Positions 8,781 through 17,940 of a stretch of DNA of 37,575 nucleotides are shown piece by piece. The translations under genes were made by a program, and so were the position numbers. This DNA is from Candidatus Subterrananammoxibius californiae. Lineage in GTDB: Bacteria; Planctomycetota; Brocadiia; Brocadiales; Subterrananammoxibiaceae. The number at the start of each line of letters is the position of its first letter. The first letter of the stretch is position 1. A model generated the notes under the pieces. That model made no database searches, had not been told where the DNA came from, and was given only the letters and a program-made list of their open reading frames with translations. The stretch covers positions 1 through 37,575 of the forward strand of contig JAURAC010000031.1 of assembly GCA_030586555.1 (NCBI GenBank), given 5' to 3'.

Positions 8781-11330
8781 TTAACAGCATCCTTCGCTAT
8801 TTTCAGTGCAACAACTATACCCATCCTCGATGTCTTTTGTGTGGTCGGTTACTATGAAGAGTCCTTTATAGGGTGGGTTTTGGAGCTTTAAAGCCGTATC
8901 GGTACATACCTCAACCGCCTCGTTTCTCGGAAATAAATGTCCTTCTTCATCCATTACAGCCTTAAAGGGACCCCTATAAATAGCATACTGCCCAATATAG
9001 GTACAACCAGCCTTTTTCTCAAATTTATAACCCCTTATGGTTACTGAAAAGAATTTGCAGCTCGTGCCTGAGGCAGATTCGCCCTGGCGAACATCCACTT
9101 CCTTCCAGAAGACCTTTTGAAGCACCTGCAACCCATAGAAGCCAGCCTGCTCGAGATACGAGATAAATTCTTCCTCCGTAAGAGCGCCACCCATGCACTC
9201 ACCCCATAATTTCTCATTTACCTTTAGATGCGGTGGTACCTCCCCCTCAGAAACAATGTCTGAAACAACCACACGGCCGTTATCCTTCAGTATCCTCCAC
9301 ATCTCCCTGAAAACTGCCTTCTTATCTGGTGAAAGATTTATGACACAGTTTGAGGTAATCAAATCCATCGTCCTATCAGCGATGGGAATTTCCTCCAGGA
9401 AGCCTTTCCTGAACTCTACAACGTTAAATCCAAGACGCTTAGCTACGAGCTTATTATTTTTATTAGCAATCTCAAGCATCTCATCCGTCATGTCTATCCC
9501 GATTACCTTACCATTAGAACCCACCTTTTTTGCGGCAATAAAACAATCAATGCCACCACCGGAACCCAAATCAACCACCATTTCACCTCCAGTAACGCCT
9601 GCAATACTCATCGGGCTGCCGCAGCCGTAGAATCTGTCCAATACATCCTGGGGGATATGACTTGTATCTTCCTTTTGGTAACTTGTGGGACAGCACAGTT
9701 CTGACTGAGGTTCTTTGGCGGCTCTGCCGTAGAATGTCCGCACTACCTGACGTGCCCTGTCAACATCAAAGGAGAGTACACAATTGGAATGCAATGTCCT
9801 TACTGAATGCGGAATGCGGAGTTCGGAATTAGGAATAATTCTGCAATCCGCATTCCACAATCCGCAATTTAGACCGCCCTCACCCATTGCCTTAAATATA
9901 ACCGGTGCATTAAAGCCCGATTTGGCATTGAATACCCGCCTCTTTTCCTCTGTAAGCTCAACGAGGGTATCCGCAATCATTTCCTTATAAAGTGCGCAAT
10001 AAGGGTCTGCACCGTGTAGTTCTTTGGTATAAAGGTATGAGTGCTCAATATCGCCGCCACCGCATAAAAACCTTAGACGACACGAAACACAGTCACCCTT
10101 TCTTTGTAAAGTGGCATTGTGGAACAATTTGCTTACAGGACTTTTTTGCCATATATCTTCTAATGGCTCTTTAAGAATATTCCCGCAGTAAAGACCCTTA
10201 TACCCCGCAAGCGATGCGGATGGATAGGCCTCTCCATTTGAATAGATACACAAGCTGTCATAACACGCATTGCTGAGGTCATACCTCGTGCCCCTCTGGC
10301 TGTTTAACCGCATCTTCAGGGATTCGTAATTATCAATTAATATCCCTGATTCCTTAGCCGCCTCTTTCACTGCACGCAATGTGTCTATTAGTGTGTGTAG
10401 GGGTGGGGTAACCCCGCCCCTACTAAAGGGGGGACGAGGGGGATTTGTGGCAGCCCTGCCCCGGTTGTGCAGCCATAACAGGTGATGGTTCTTTATGCCG
10501 AGGGCTGCGATTAGCCTCGTAATTGCAGGCACATCATCGGCATTCTGCGATGTTACAGTGGTAGTAACGGTTGGAGAGAATCCTGCTTTTATTGTGTACT
10601 TGATTCCCTTAAGAATTTGCTCAAAACTTCCCTTGCCTCTTACGGCATCATTAATCTCAGGCTTCGAGCCGTCGAGACTTATCTGAATCTTTATACGTTC
10701 TGAGTTTAATTTCAGAAAACCATTACGCCCTCCGTTTCCCAACAGTGTTCCATTGGTAAGGACGGCAACCTCTATTTGTTTTTTCTCCGTAATATAATGA
10801 AGCAGTTCAAACATATCGTCCCTTACAAACGGTTCTCCCCCTGTAATATAAAAACGGTTTACGCCGAGCATACAGGCATTGTCAATAACGCTCTTGATAT
10901 TTTTGGTAGGAAGACCCTTGTCACCACCTGTGGAGGAATTTACGAGGCAGTGTGAACAGGTCAGATTGCAGTTATTATTTGTATGAATCCACAGCTCATT
11001 AAGTTTTTCTGGTTTAATAAAATCTGCCCTTCCTGAGTATGGAGAGTTTATAATAGGTTCAGGGGAAACAAACTTGTATCGCAGCGCATCCTTTAAGAAG
11101 GTGTCAACGTGCAGCCATGCCTTTGCGGTGTCCATAGAGAATTCATTAGCATAGGATGTGATGACGCCATTTAAATTGGGAAGGAAACGAATATAATCTA
11201 TAATTCTTATCCCTCTATGGCCTGTTGCGACCCAGTTGGGGGTGTCGCCATCTATTAAAACATGAAGTCCGTTTCGTTCTATTATTGAAAAATCTGGCAC
11301 ATATAGTTTAACATCTCTCAAGATTTCCAT
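8781..11330 (-). CDS. Radical SAM/SPASM protein fused to an ArsM-like arsenite methyltransferase domain
   Basis: CNLTCSHC, ITGGEP, ISLDG and SPASM-like CVSCRLRFLCGGG. Then LCCP, FYGCGSP, VVDLGSGGGIDC, SNCVINL, WGECMGGA, and C-terminal CC..CC. Confidence 0.88.
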   Translation of the reverse strand: MEILRDVKLYVPDFSIIERNGLHVLIDGDTPNWVATGHRGIRIIDYIRFLPNLNGVITSYANEFSMDTAKAWLHVDTFLKDALRYKFVSPEPIINSPYSGRADFIKPEKLNELWIHTNNNCNLTCSHCLVNSSTGGDKGLPTKNIKSVIDNACMLGVNRFYITGGEPFVRDDMFELLHYITEKKQIEVAVLTNGTLLGNGGRNGFLKLNSERIKIQISLDGSKPEINDAVRGKGSFEQILKGIKYTIKAGFSPTVTTTVTSQNADDVPAITRLIAALGIKNHHLLWLHNRGRAATNPPRPPFSRGGVTPPLHTLIDTLRAVKEAAKESGILIDNYESLKMRLNSQRGTRYDLSNACYDSLCIYSNGEAYPSASLAGYKGLYCGNILKEPLEDIWQKSPVSKLFHNATLQRKGDCVSCRLRFLCGGGDIEHSYLYTKELHGADPYCALYKEMIADTLVELTEEKRRVFNAKSGFNAPVIFKAMGEGGLNCGLWNADCRIIPNSELRIPHSVRTLHSNCVLSFDVDRARQVVRTFYGRAAKEPQSELCCPTSYQKEDTSHIPQDVLDRFYGCGSPMSIAGVTGGEMVVDLGSGGGIDCFIAAKKVGSNGKVIGIDMTDEMLEIANKNNKLVAKRLGFNVVEFRKGFLEEIPIADRTMDLITSNCVINLSPDKKAVFREMWRILKDNGRVVVSDIVSEGEVPPHLKVNEKLWGECMGGALTEEEFISYLEQAGFYGLQVLQKVFWKEVDVRQGESASGTSCKFFSVTIRGYKFEKKAGCTYIGQYAIYRGPFKAVMDEEGHLFPRNEAVEVCTDTALKLQNPPYKGLFIVTDHTKDIEDGYSCCTENSEGCC

Positions 11331-11345
11331 GATGTCTCCTTCTAT

Positions 11346-12104
11346 TTACTTCTGTCCGTTTAAGTTCCAATCATAATCGAGATGTTTTATTGTCACTTTA
11401 TTATTCCTTATAAATTCCGCATCCTCTGCATTTAAATATTTAGCCACATAATCTTCTATCCTCTCTCCATTCTTAATAAAATCCTCTTTATACCATTTAA
11501 AGATAGAAGAGAGATATAAGATACCCCTTTCTTTATCAAGATAATTCTTGCTTTTGTTATTAATGAAGAATTTTGCCTGTGCTTCAAGTTGCTGCTCCAA
11601 TTTCTCGCCTCTGTACGCCTCGGTTAATAACTTCGGACAACTCATTGATGCGCAGTTAATGGCAAAATGTATCCTCGGTTCTTTAAATGCCCCTCTTATC
11701 TTTTCGTTTTCTATCGCCCGCAGGGTAATTTCCCCACCCTTTATCTCAAACTTCTTTCGAATAAAAAAGCTGTGCGGTAGCCAGCCTACGTCAAGGACAC
11801 TCTTTATTGGATATTCTTCTAATACACCCTTTAGCACAAATGTATTATATGCATTTATCCAGAAAGTTAGGCGATGTTTTTCTGATGGCAGGGTCTCAGG
11901 GTCTGTATTGGAAAGATACTCAATGTATCGCATAAATTCCTTGTCTTCTTTTAGCCCTTTATAATTTACCAATCCATCCTTTGAAACATAACGGCGCAAA
12001 ACGCTGTCAAATATGGAATCCGGGTCGTCCTTTTCTGATGAAAAAACTGTAATCACCATTCCATGAACCGCCATTAAAACCAACAATATTAAAATAATTC
12101 TCAT
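11346..12104 (-). CDS. DUF547 domain exported protein
   Basis: Signal peptide. FWINAYN, IENEKIR..EPRIHFAINCASMSCP, LSSIFKWY, YDWNLN. Confidence 0.9.
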   Translation of the reverse strand: MRIILILLVLMAVHGMVITVFSSEKDDPDSIFDSVLRRYVSKDGLVNYKGLKEDKEFMRYIEYLSNTDPETLPSEKHRLTFWINAYNTFVLKGVLEEYPIKSVLDVGWLPHSFFIRKKFEIKGGEITLRAIENEKIRGAFKEPRIHFAINCASMSCPKLLTEAYRGEKLEQQLEAQAKFFINNKSKNYLDKERGILYLSSIFKWYKEDFIKNGERIEDYVAKYLNAEDAEFIRNNKVTIKHLDYDWNLNGQK

Positions 12105-12132
12105 TTACAAATTTTCTTCCAGGAAGGTGCAT

Positions 12133-13557
12133 TTATCCAAACCATTTTATCAACTTCTTGGTTACCTTGGGAACCCAGCCGGAAAATATCTTTTCAGCAT
12201 AGTATAAATTAGTTGTCTTTCTCACTGCCTGAGATAACGTTGGATATACGTGAATAGTATTTGTAATACTTCTAACGCTAAGCTTATTCTGCATTGCAAG
12301 GACAAATTCGTGCAAGAGTTCCCCACCCCGTGGTGCAAGGACATGAGCGCCTAATATATGTCCCTTCTTCGTGCAAATAATTTTAATTATGCCTCTTACT
12401 TCGCCTTCTATGACAGCCCTATCCAATTCCTTTACGTCATACCTATATACTTTTACATCCCCGTATTTTTGCCTTGCTTCACCCTCGGTTAGTCCCACCC
12501 GACCAAGCTCAGGGTCGGTATAGGTAACCCATGGGATGACACTATAATTCGCCTTTCTTTTCACAAGAGGAATCAAGGCATTGGCTACCACAAGACCTGC
12601 CTGATATTCAGCAACATGCGTAAACAAATATTGTCCAGTAACATCCCCGCATGCCCATATATTCCTTGCAGTGGTACGCATGGCTCTATTTACCACGATA
12701 GCCCTGCGTTCAACCTTTACCCCGGCAGCTTCGAGATTAAGCCCCTCCAGGTTGGGCGCACGTCCAATAGCAAGCATAAATTCATCTGCTTCGTACGTCG
12801 TTTGCCGTCCACCACATTCTGCAACCACTATCTTTCGATTGCCCTCTTGTTTAACATGGTCTACATTAACACCTGTATATATCTTGATTCCTTCTCCCTT
12901 AAGGATTGACTCAAGGATATCAGAAATCTCTTTATCTTCACGAGGAAGAATCTGCCCCATCTTTTCTATGACCGTAACCTTCGACCCTAATCTTGCAAAC
13001 ACTTGAGCAAACTCCATTCCTATAGGACCAGCTCCCAGTATAATGATTGATTTTGGTAAATAATCAAGGTTGAGGGCGCTTTCGCTGTTAAGATATTTGA
13101 TTTGCTCGAGTCCTTTGATAGGAACAGCAACGGCTCTCGAACCTGTTGAGATGACGAATTTCCTGCTTTTAATCGTGCAACCGTTTAATTCAAAGGTATG
13201 ACGGTCAATAAATCTTCCGTTACCAAAAAAAACTTTTACCCCTAAATTTTCAAACCTTTTAGGGTCATCATGTTCGCCAACCTTTGATATGACATTTCTC
13301 ATGCGCAACATGATATTCTTAAAATCAAAAGAGGCATTTGTATCATCCAGCCCATATTCCTTTGCCCTTTTTATCAGGGACGCTATTTTTGCTGATTGAA
13401 TAAGGGTCTTTGTAGGCACGCATCCATAATAAAGACAATCTCCACCCAGTTTGTTTTTCTCAACAAGGGCAACCATTGCGCCCAGTTGAACAGCCCCACT
13501 TGCAACGTTTAAGCCTCCCGCCCCGCCGCCAATTACCGTAAGGTCAAAATTCTCCAT
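12133..13557 (-). CDS. Pyridine nucleotide-disulfide oxidoreductase (MerA/Lpd-like; lacks the MerA C-terminal Cys pair)
   Basis: GGGAGG, GGDCLYYGCVPTK, GAGPIG, FTHVA, HVYPT. Confidence 0.88.
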   Translation of the reverse strand: MENFDLTVIGGGAGGLNVASGAVQLGAMVALVEKNKLGGDCLYYGCVPTKTLIQSAKIASLIKRAKEYGLDDTNASFDFKNIMLRMRNVISKVGEHDDPKRFENLGVKVFFGNGRFIDRHTFELNGCTIKSRKFVISTGSRAVAVPIKGLEQIKYLNSESALNLDYLPKSIIILGAGPIGMEFAQVFARLGSKVTVIEKMGQILPREDKEISDILESILKGEGIKIYTGVNVDHVKQEGNRKIVVAECGGRQTTYEADEFMLAIGRAPNLEGLNLEAAGVKVERRAIVVNRAMRTTARNIWACGDVTGQYLFTHVAEYQAGLVVANALIPLVKRKANYSVIPWVTYTDPELGRVGLTEGEARQKYGDVKVYRYDVKELDRAVIEGEVRGIIKIICTKKGHILGAHVLAPRGGELLHEFVLAMQNKLSVRSITNTIHVYPTLSQAVRKTTNLYYAEKIFSGWVPKVTKKLIKWFG

Positions 13558-14242
13558 AGCCTTTTCCCCCTTTTGACTTTTTTAACCTCTTGTAAATAGT
13601 CGGTATGAAAGAAATTAATATAAGCAGAAAGCTGGCAATAATCAAGTTTGTAAATGCCTTTTTCCCGCTGCCGGTTACACCGCCAAGGAGCGCATCTGCA
13701 AAATAGGTATAAATGAACGTGGCTGGCAGCATGCCAATGGCAGAACCTAAAAGATAATCACGATATTTAATCCTGGAAAGCCCGGAGCCAAGATTTAGTC
13801 CGTTAAAAGGCACTATAGGGATTAGCCTGAGTGTGAATATAAACCTGAAACCATGCTCGGCAACCTTTTCGTCAAAAGATTCTATCCTTCCTTTCATAAA
13901 TCTTGCGACAAAGTCACGCCCTAAGTACCTTGCCGTCAAGAATGCAAGTGTAGCGCCTAAATTAGCAGCCAGTATGTTATATAAAGTACCCCAAGCTACC
14001 CCAAATATTGCGCCGCCACACAAGGTTAAGAGCGAGCCCGGAAGCGCAACAACACATCCAATCCCATAAATAAGAATGAAACCTACAGGTCCCCACCAAT
14101 GTTCTCTTAGCTGAGCAAAAAGCCCAAGAAGCGCCTCCTTCTGCGTATATTGTGATAAAGTTGTATATCTGAATGCAAAAAAAGCACCTCCAATGATAAC
14201 TATTAAAATTATAAGCTTAATTATTGATTTCCCGCCAGCCAT
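13544..14242 (-). CDS. TVP38/TMEM64 (DedA superfamily) membrane protein
   Basis: LPGSLLTL.GGAIFG..G, GATLAF..ARYLGR, LRLIPIVPFN..N. Confidence 0.9.
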   Translation of the reverse strand: MAGGKSIIKLIILIVIIGGAFFAFRYTTLSQYTQKEALLGLFAQLREHWWGPVGFILIYGIGCVVALPGSLLTLCGGAIFGVAWGTLYNILAANLGATLAFLTARYLGRDFVARFMKGRIESFDEKVAEHGFRFIFTLRLIPIVPFNGLNLGSGLSRIKYRDYLLGSAIGMLPATFIYTYFADALLGGVTGSGKKAFTNLIIASFLLILISFIPTIYKRLKKSKGGKGYGEF

Positions 14243-14251
14243 TGAAAGTGC

Positions 14252-15061
14252 TCATACTTTCATAAGTAGCCTTATCAGCTTTTCACTACTTAGCTTTGAT
14301 ACCATAACATATTGAGTACTCGCTTCTCTCCATCCAATAATCTGACATTGACCGCAAGCCGCCGTATCTGTATATACCACCAACTTATCTGTTAGAACCT
14401 CTTTCATCTTTGCAAAATCAATTTCAGAATTACACGCTATTAGCAACACGATGGGTATGTCATCATGCATACAAAAAACCAGCGGAGCCTTTATGCCATT
14501 AATTTCCGTCAATGTTGCGCCAACTAATTGTACGTCTTCTTTAATGCCAGGCAAGGTTACACTCAAACCAGCTTGATTCTGAAAGTACGCAACAATTTCA
14601 TTGGCATCCTGTGAACGCAAATCAAGGTCAATCTGTTTCTTTACATAGTCATGATATTTTGAATCCGCAAGGGTTAAAAGCAAATTCCCCCGACTCGCTT
14701 TCAGCGCAGCCTGCCTCTTTAGGTTATTTTGAATTGTAAAAAAGGAACCGATTAGAATGATTGCAGTTACCACACCGATAAGCGGGATTAGCCTGTTCTT
14801 TAATAACAAACTCTTTTTAAATAGGGTAAAGAAGTTAGGTTTTCTTTCTACACTTCTCAAAATTTTGCGCTCAAGGTAAGCAGGGGTGCTTACCGTGCAA
14901 ACAGTTTCTTTTACCCTTTTTTGAATAAGCCTTTCCTTCTCTATTTTCTGACTGCATCCATAGCACATATCAAGATGCGCCAGAACCTCAACGTTCTTTT
15001 CCACATCGAGTTCGCCATCAAGAAAGGCGTAAAAATATTTCCTTGTATCACCGCAATTCAT
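14252..15061 (-). CDS. Zinc-binding anti-sigma factor (zf-HC2) with a TM helix and extracytoplasmic domain
   Basis: MNC..YAFLDGEL..HLDMCYGC, TM segment, adjacent to the ECF sigma. Confidence 0.88.
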   Translation of the reverse strand: MNCGDTRKYFYAFLDGELDVEKNVEVLAHLDMCYGCSQKIEKERLIQKRVKETVCTVSTPAYLERKILRSVERKPNFFTLFKKSLLLKNRLIPLIGVVTAIILIGSFFTIQNNLKRQAALKASRGNLLLTLADSKYHDYVKKQIDLDLRSQDANEIVAYFQNQAGLSVTLPGIKEDVQLVGATLTEINGIKAPLVFCMHDDIPIVLLIACNSEIDFAKMKEVLTDKLVVYTDTAACGQCQIIGWREASTQYVMVSKLSSEKLIRLLMKV

Positions 15062-15064
15062 TTT

Positions 15065-15604
15065 TTACTCTTCTTTAAAACCGCGTTTTTCTGCATAATT
15101 AGCTAATTTTTCTTTTAGTAGTCTTCGTCCTCTATATATTCTCGACATTACCGTGCCAATAGGGCATCCGAGCATCTGTGAAATCTCCTTGTAAGAAAAA
15201 CCCTCCACCGTCGAAAGTAAGATTACCATTCGAAAATCATCGGGTAATTCTTCCAGGGCTCTTTTTACATCGGAGTCTAACAATTCATCGAATTTTGCCG
15301 CATCTTCAATTGTTGACGTCAACACTTCTTCTTCTATTAATTCATGAAAGGACTCAATACTATCAAAATCAACCAAGGTCGGTTCTTTTTTCCCTTTTCG
15401 ATACTGATTAATAAAAGTATTAATTAATATTCTAAATAACCATGCCTTCTCGTTAATAACGCCTTTATCGTCCTGGAGAAACCTGAATGCCTTTAAATAA
15501 GTCTCTTGAACCAGGTCCTCTGCATTATTTTCGTTCTTAACAAGATATAATGCTTGCCTGTATAAGGCATCTATGTGAACAAGAAGCTTGTCTTTTTGAC
15601 TCAC
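15065..15604 (-). CDS. ECF sigma factor, SigH/SigR-like
   Basis: AEDLVQETYLKAF, AWLFRILINTFINQYRK, GFSYKEI..PIGTVMSRIYRGR. GTG start. Confidence 0.92.
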   Translation of the reverse strand: MSQKDKLLVHIDALYRQALYLVKNENNAEDLVQETYLKAFRFLQDDKGVINEKAWLFRILINTFINQYRKGKKEPTLVDFDSIESFHELIEEEVLTSTIEDAAKFDELLDSDVKRALEELPDDFRMVILLSTVEGFSYKEISQMLGCPIGTVMSRIYRGRRLLKEKLANYAEKRGFKEE

Positions 15605-15696
15605 GTTTTATTATCGCGAAAAATGAATGCATTATAACTATCTATCTAAAGTATCCACTTAATTAAAGGTTTGCACCTAAAAGCGTGTAAAAGGAA

Positions 15697-15768
15697 ACAG
15701 GCAACAGGGGAAAAAAGGAGGACAAACTAAATTTACCTATGTACAAAAACCTGTTGCCTGTAACCTGT
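15697..15768. repeat. Heptamer (CAACAGG) inverted array upstream of the ECF sigma
   Basis: acaggcaacagg ... cctgttgcctgtaacctgt, a 12-bp inverted repeat. Confidence 0.6.
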
Positions 15769-15870
15769 GATTTACCGGTCTTTAGCAAGGTTATCCTTCA
15801 CCATATTTGTGTTTTCCATAGGATAGAAGCAATCCCTATAGAATAACCCGAGGGCCCATATCTTTTGCTT

Positions 15871-16239
15871 CTATGCCCCGCATTCACACTTAAGGGAGGA
15901 CACCTCAAAACCTGACCTCTTTACGGCTTCTCCAAGTGCCTTGTGGTTGGACCCCTGTGTCACCTTGACATCGGCTGTGCCCTTCTTCCAGTCAATATTA
16001 CTTTCCTTTACTTCTGGAAGCTTAGCCAGCTCAGACTTAATCTTACTTGAGCACGCGTCGCAGGTCATACCCTTCACATCCAGATGAACAGTTTCCAGGC
16101 TTTCTGCCGCCGTCGCTTGAGAATGTTCCGCCTTGATAAAACATCCAGGGCCACATGCAAGCAATGTTCCATTGTTATACCCAATAGCAAGCACCACAAC
16201 AAAAACCATTATTGAAATAAGACTCAAGACCCGCTTCAT
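15871..16239 (-). CDS. Exported heavy-metal-associated (HMA, MerP/CopZ-like) protein
   Basis: N-terminal signal or TM segment, VKGMTCDAC HMA motif, extra CGPGC and CEC. Confidence 0.85.
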   Translation of the reverse strand: MKRVLSLISIMVFVVVLAIGYNNGTLLACGPGCFIKAEHSQATAAESLETVHLDVKGMTCDACSSKIKSELAKLPEVKESNIDWKKGTADVKVTQGSNHKALGEAVKRSGFEVSSLKCECGA

Positions 16240-16426
16240 GTTTCTATCTCCTTCTAAAACTGTTTTTCCCTAAAAATAAAACATACTATTTCCCTTCGCG
16301 CTCAATATTTCTCCATCTTCCTCCTTCCTGGTTTTCCCTCGTTAAAAACGATTGTCAAAATAACCATCCGAATTTTAAACTTCAGTATGGTATCAAGCGA
16401 TATAATTTTATCGCTCTTATATTAGT

Positions 16427-16452
16427 GACAAATAAAAACCAGGATATATTCC
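16427..16452 (-). promoter_or_regulatory. Putative ECF (SigH/SigR-like) promoter for the HMA-sigma-rSAM cluster
   Basis: Minus strand GGAAT-N18-GTC; SigR/SigH consensus is GGAAT-N18-GTT. Confidence 0.45.
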
Positions 16453-16497
16453 CACAGAATAAAAATTACGTATCCCATGATTCTCTTTTATTTTGTA

Positions 16498-17271
16498 TTA
16501 TTCTTTTATCTTCTTAACACGATTTTGTATATAAGCGTCCTGGTGTGCAATATACGGATCTATGGCTGGTTTTGTTATGCTCTCATAAGACTCTCCTCTA
16601 TCTATGGAGAATTCATTAAAAACATCGTAAATACCTGCTCCGCTGGTCGCGTAGGGGCTAACAACAAATGATAGAATTGTTAATGGGTCAAGCGCCACGT
16701 CTCCCGCATATCCAATAGTATCACGCACATCGGATGGGCCAATGAAAGGCCACTCTATGAAAATGCCCAAACCTGCCTTGTATTTGCCGAGGGTTTGACC
16801 AAAGTCTTCATCTTGTAAGTGCAGGTTAAATTCTGATTTTGCCGGGTCGAAAAGCCCTGCCATTCCCACAGTGCTATTAATAGTAAAACGCAACGCCTCC
16901 ACGCCGGTCCCTTTAAATTTACCCTGTAAGAGGCAATTGACAAGGCGGATAGGCATTCTGAGATTTGAAAAAAAATTCCTGACACTTAACCGTGTCCTTA
17001 GTGGTACCACCTCATTGTACCCTTTGTACATTGGTTTAATTACATAATAATAAACCTTATCATTGAAGGTAAAAATGGCTCGGTTATAGGGTTGGATTGG
17101 GTCGTTGATAGGAACGGTTTCTACCTCCTCACCCTTGCCTTCCCATTCTTCATCACTTACAATCTCGTCATCACGTCCCTCTGAAATAGGCACAGGTTCT
17201 GCCCATACAGGCGCCCTAAACAAACAAGTTGTCAAAAGTAAAAGGAATGTCAATAAAGCAGATACTCTCAC
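16498..17271 (-). CDS. mlaA: MlaA/VacJ family protein
   Basis: DPIQPYNRAIFTFNDK, NFFSNL, RFTINSTVG..GLFD, EDFGQTLG, PFIGPSDVRD. Confidence 0.92.
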   Translation of the reverse strand: MRVSALLTFLLLLTTCLFRAPVWAEPVPISEGRDDEIVSDEEWEGKGEEVETVPINDPIQPYNRAIFTFNDKVYYYVIKPMYKGYNEVVPLRTRLSVRNFFSNLRMPIRLVNCLLQGKFKGTGVEALRFTINSTVGMAGLFDPAKSEFNLHLQDEDFGQTLGKYKAGLGIFIEWPFIGPSDVRDTIGYAGDVALDPLTILSFVVSPYATSGAGIYDVFNEFSIDRGESYESITKPAIDPYIAHQDAYIQNRVKKIKE

Positions 17272-17334
17272 GTGTTTTCTCCTTTTTTGAGCCTCAAAGA
17301 ATTTACTGAGAATTTCTTAATTAGTGGAAATTTG

Positions 17335-17937
17335 TTATTTACTTTTTTTCTCTTTTATCATTTGAATCAGTTCTTCATAAGAAGATTTAACCAAGATGCT
17401 ATTAAATTGACTCCGGTAATTATTAACCAAGCTTACCCCTTCAATAACCACGTCGTAAATGCTCCATTTCCCCTGATTATTGAGCAAGCGAAAATCCACG
17501 GATATTTCTGTTCCTGTATTTGTAATAAATTTGGTTAGCACTTTGGCATATTTATCATCTTGCTTTTCACTCAGATAAACAAATTTTTCACCAGTGGAGG
17601 TGCAGGCTTGTCCTAAGTAGGCCTCTTTAATGATGTCGGTAAACAACTCCACAAACTCCTTTTTTTCCTCATGGGTAAGATTTCTCCAGTGCTGACCAAG
17701 AGCCCTCTTAGACGACTCTTCTAAATTAAAAAGGGGCGCAATCTCTTCCCATAGTCTTATTTCACACATTTGCTTATCTACCTTTCCATCCACTGAAACT
17801 TCTTTGCGGATGCTTAAACTTTTCTCTATGGTACCCATAATTAATCTTCCCGGCTCCTCTGCCCACAGAAAAACAGGTTTAGACATCAAGAGAAATATAC
17901 CAGCAAATATTACAAACATAATTCTTTTACAACGCAT
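17335..17937 (-). CDS. mlaC: MlaC/Ttg2D phospholipid-binding protein
   Basis: LGQHWR, WSIYDVVIEGVSLVNNYRSQF. Confidence 0.92.
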   Translation of the reverse strand: MRCKRIMFVIFAGIFLLMSKPVFLWAEEPGRLIMGTIEKSLSIRKEVSVDGKVDKQMCEIRLWEEIAPLFNLEESSKRALGQHWRNLTHEEKKEFVELFTDIIKEAYLGQACTSTGEKFVYLSEKQDDKYAKVLTKFITNTGTEISVDFRLLNNQGKWSIYDVVIEGVSLVNNYRSQFNSILVKSSYEELIQMIKEKKSK

Positions 17938-17940
17938 TAT

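Noticed and set aside
12133..13557. Calling the oxidoreductase mercuric reductase MerA
   Set aside because: It has no C-terminal Cys-Cys pair, no NmerA domain and no merR/merT context.
8781..16239. Selenocysteine recoding in the rSAM/HMA cluster
   Set aside because: The rSAM and HMA ORFs end in TAA/TAG, and no ORF appears truncated at an in-frame TGA at a Cys position.
16302..16316. Four-codon ORF (MEKY) with a strong AGGAGG RBS upstream of the HMA gene
   Set aside because: Too short to support, with no evidence for a leader-peptide role or TGA readthrough.
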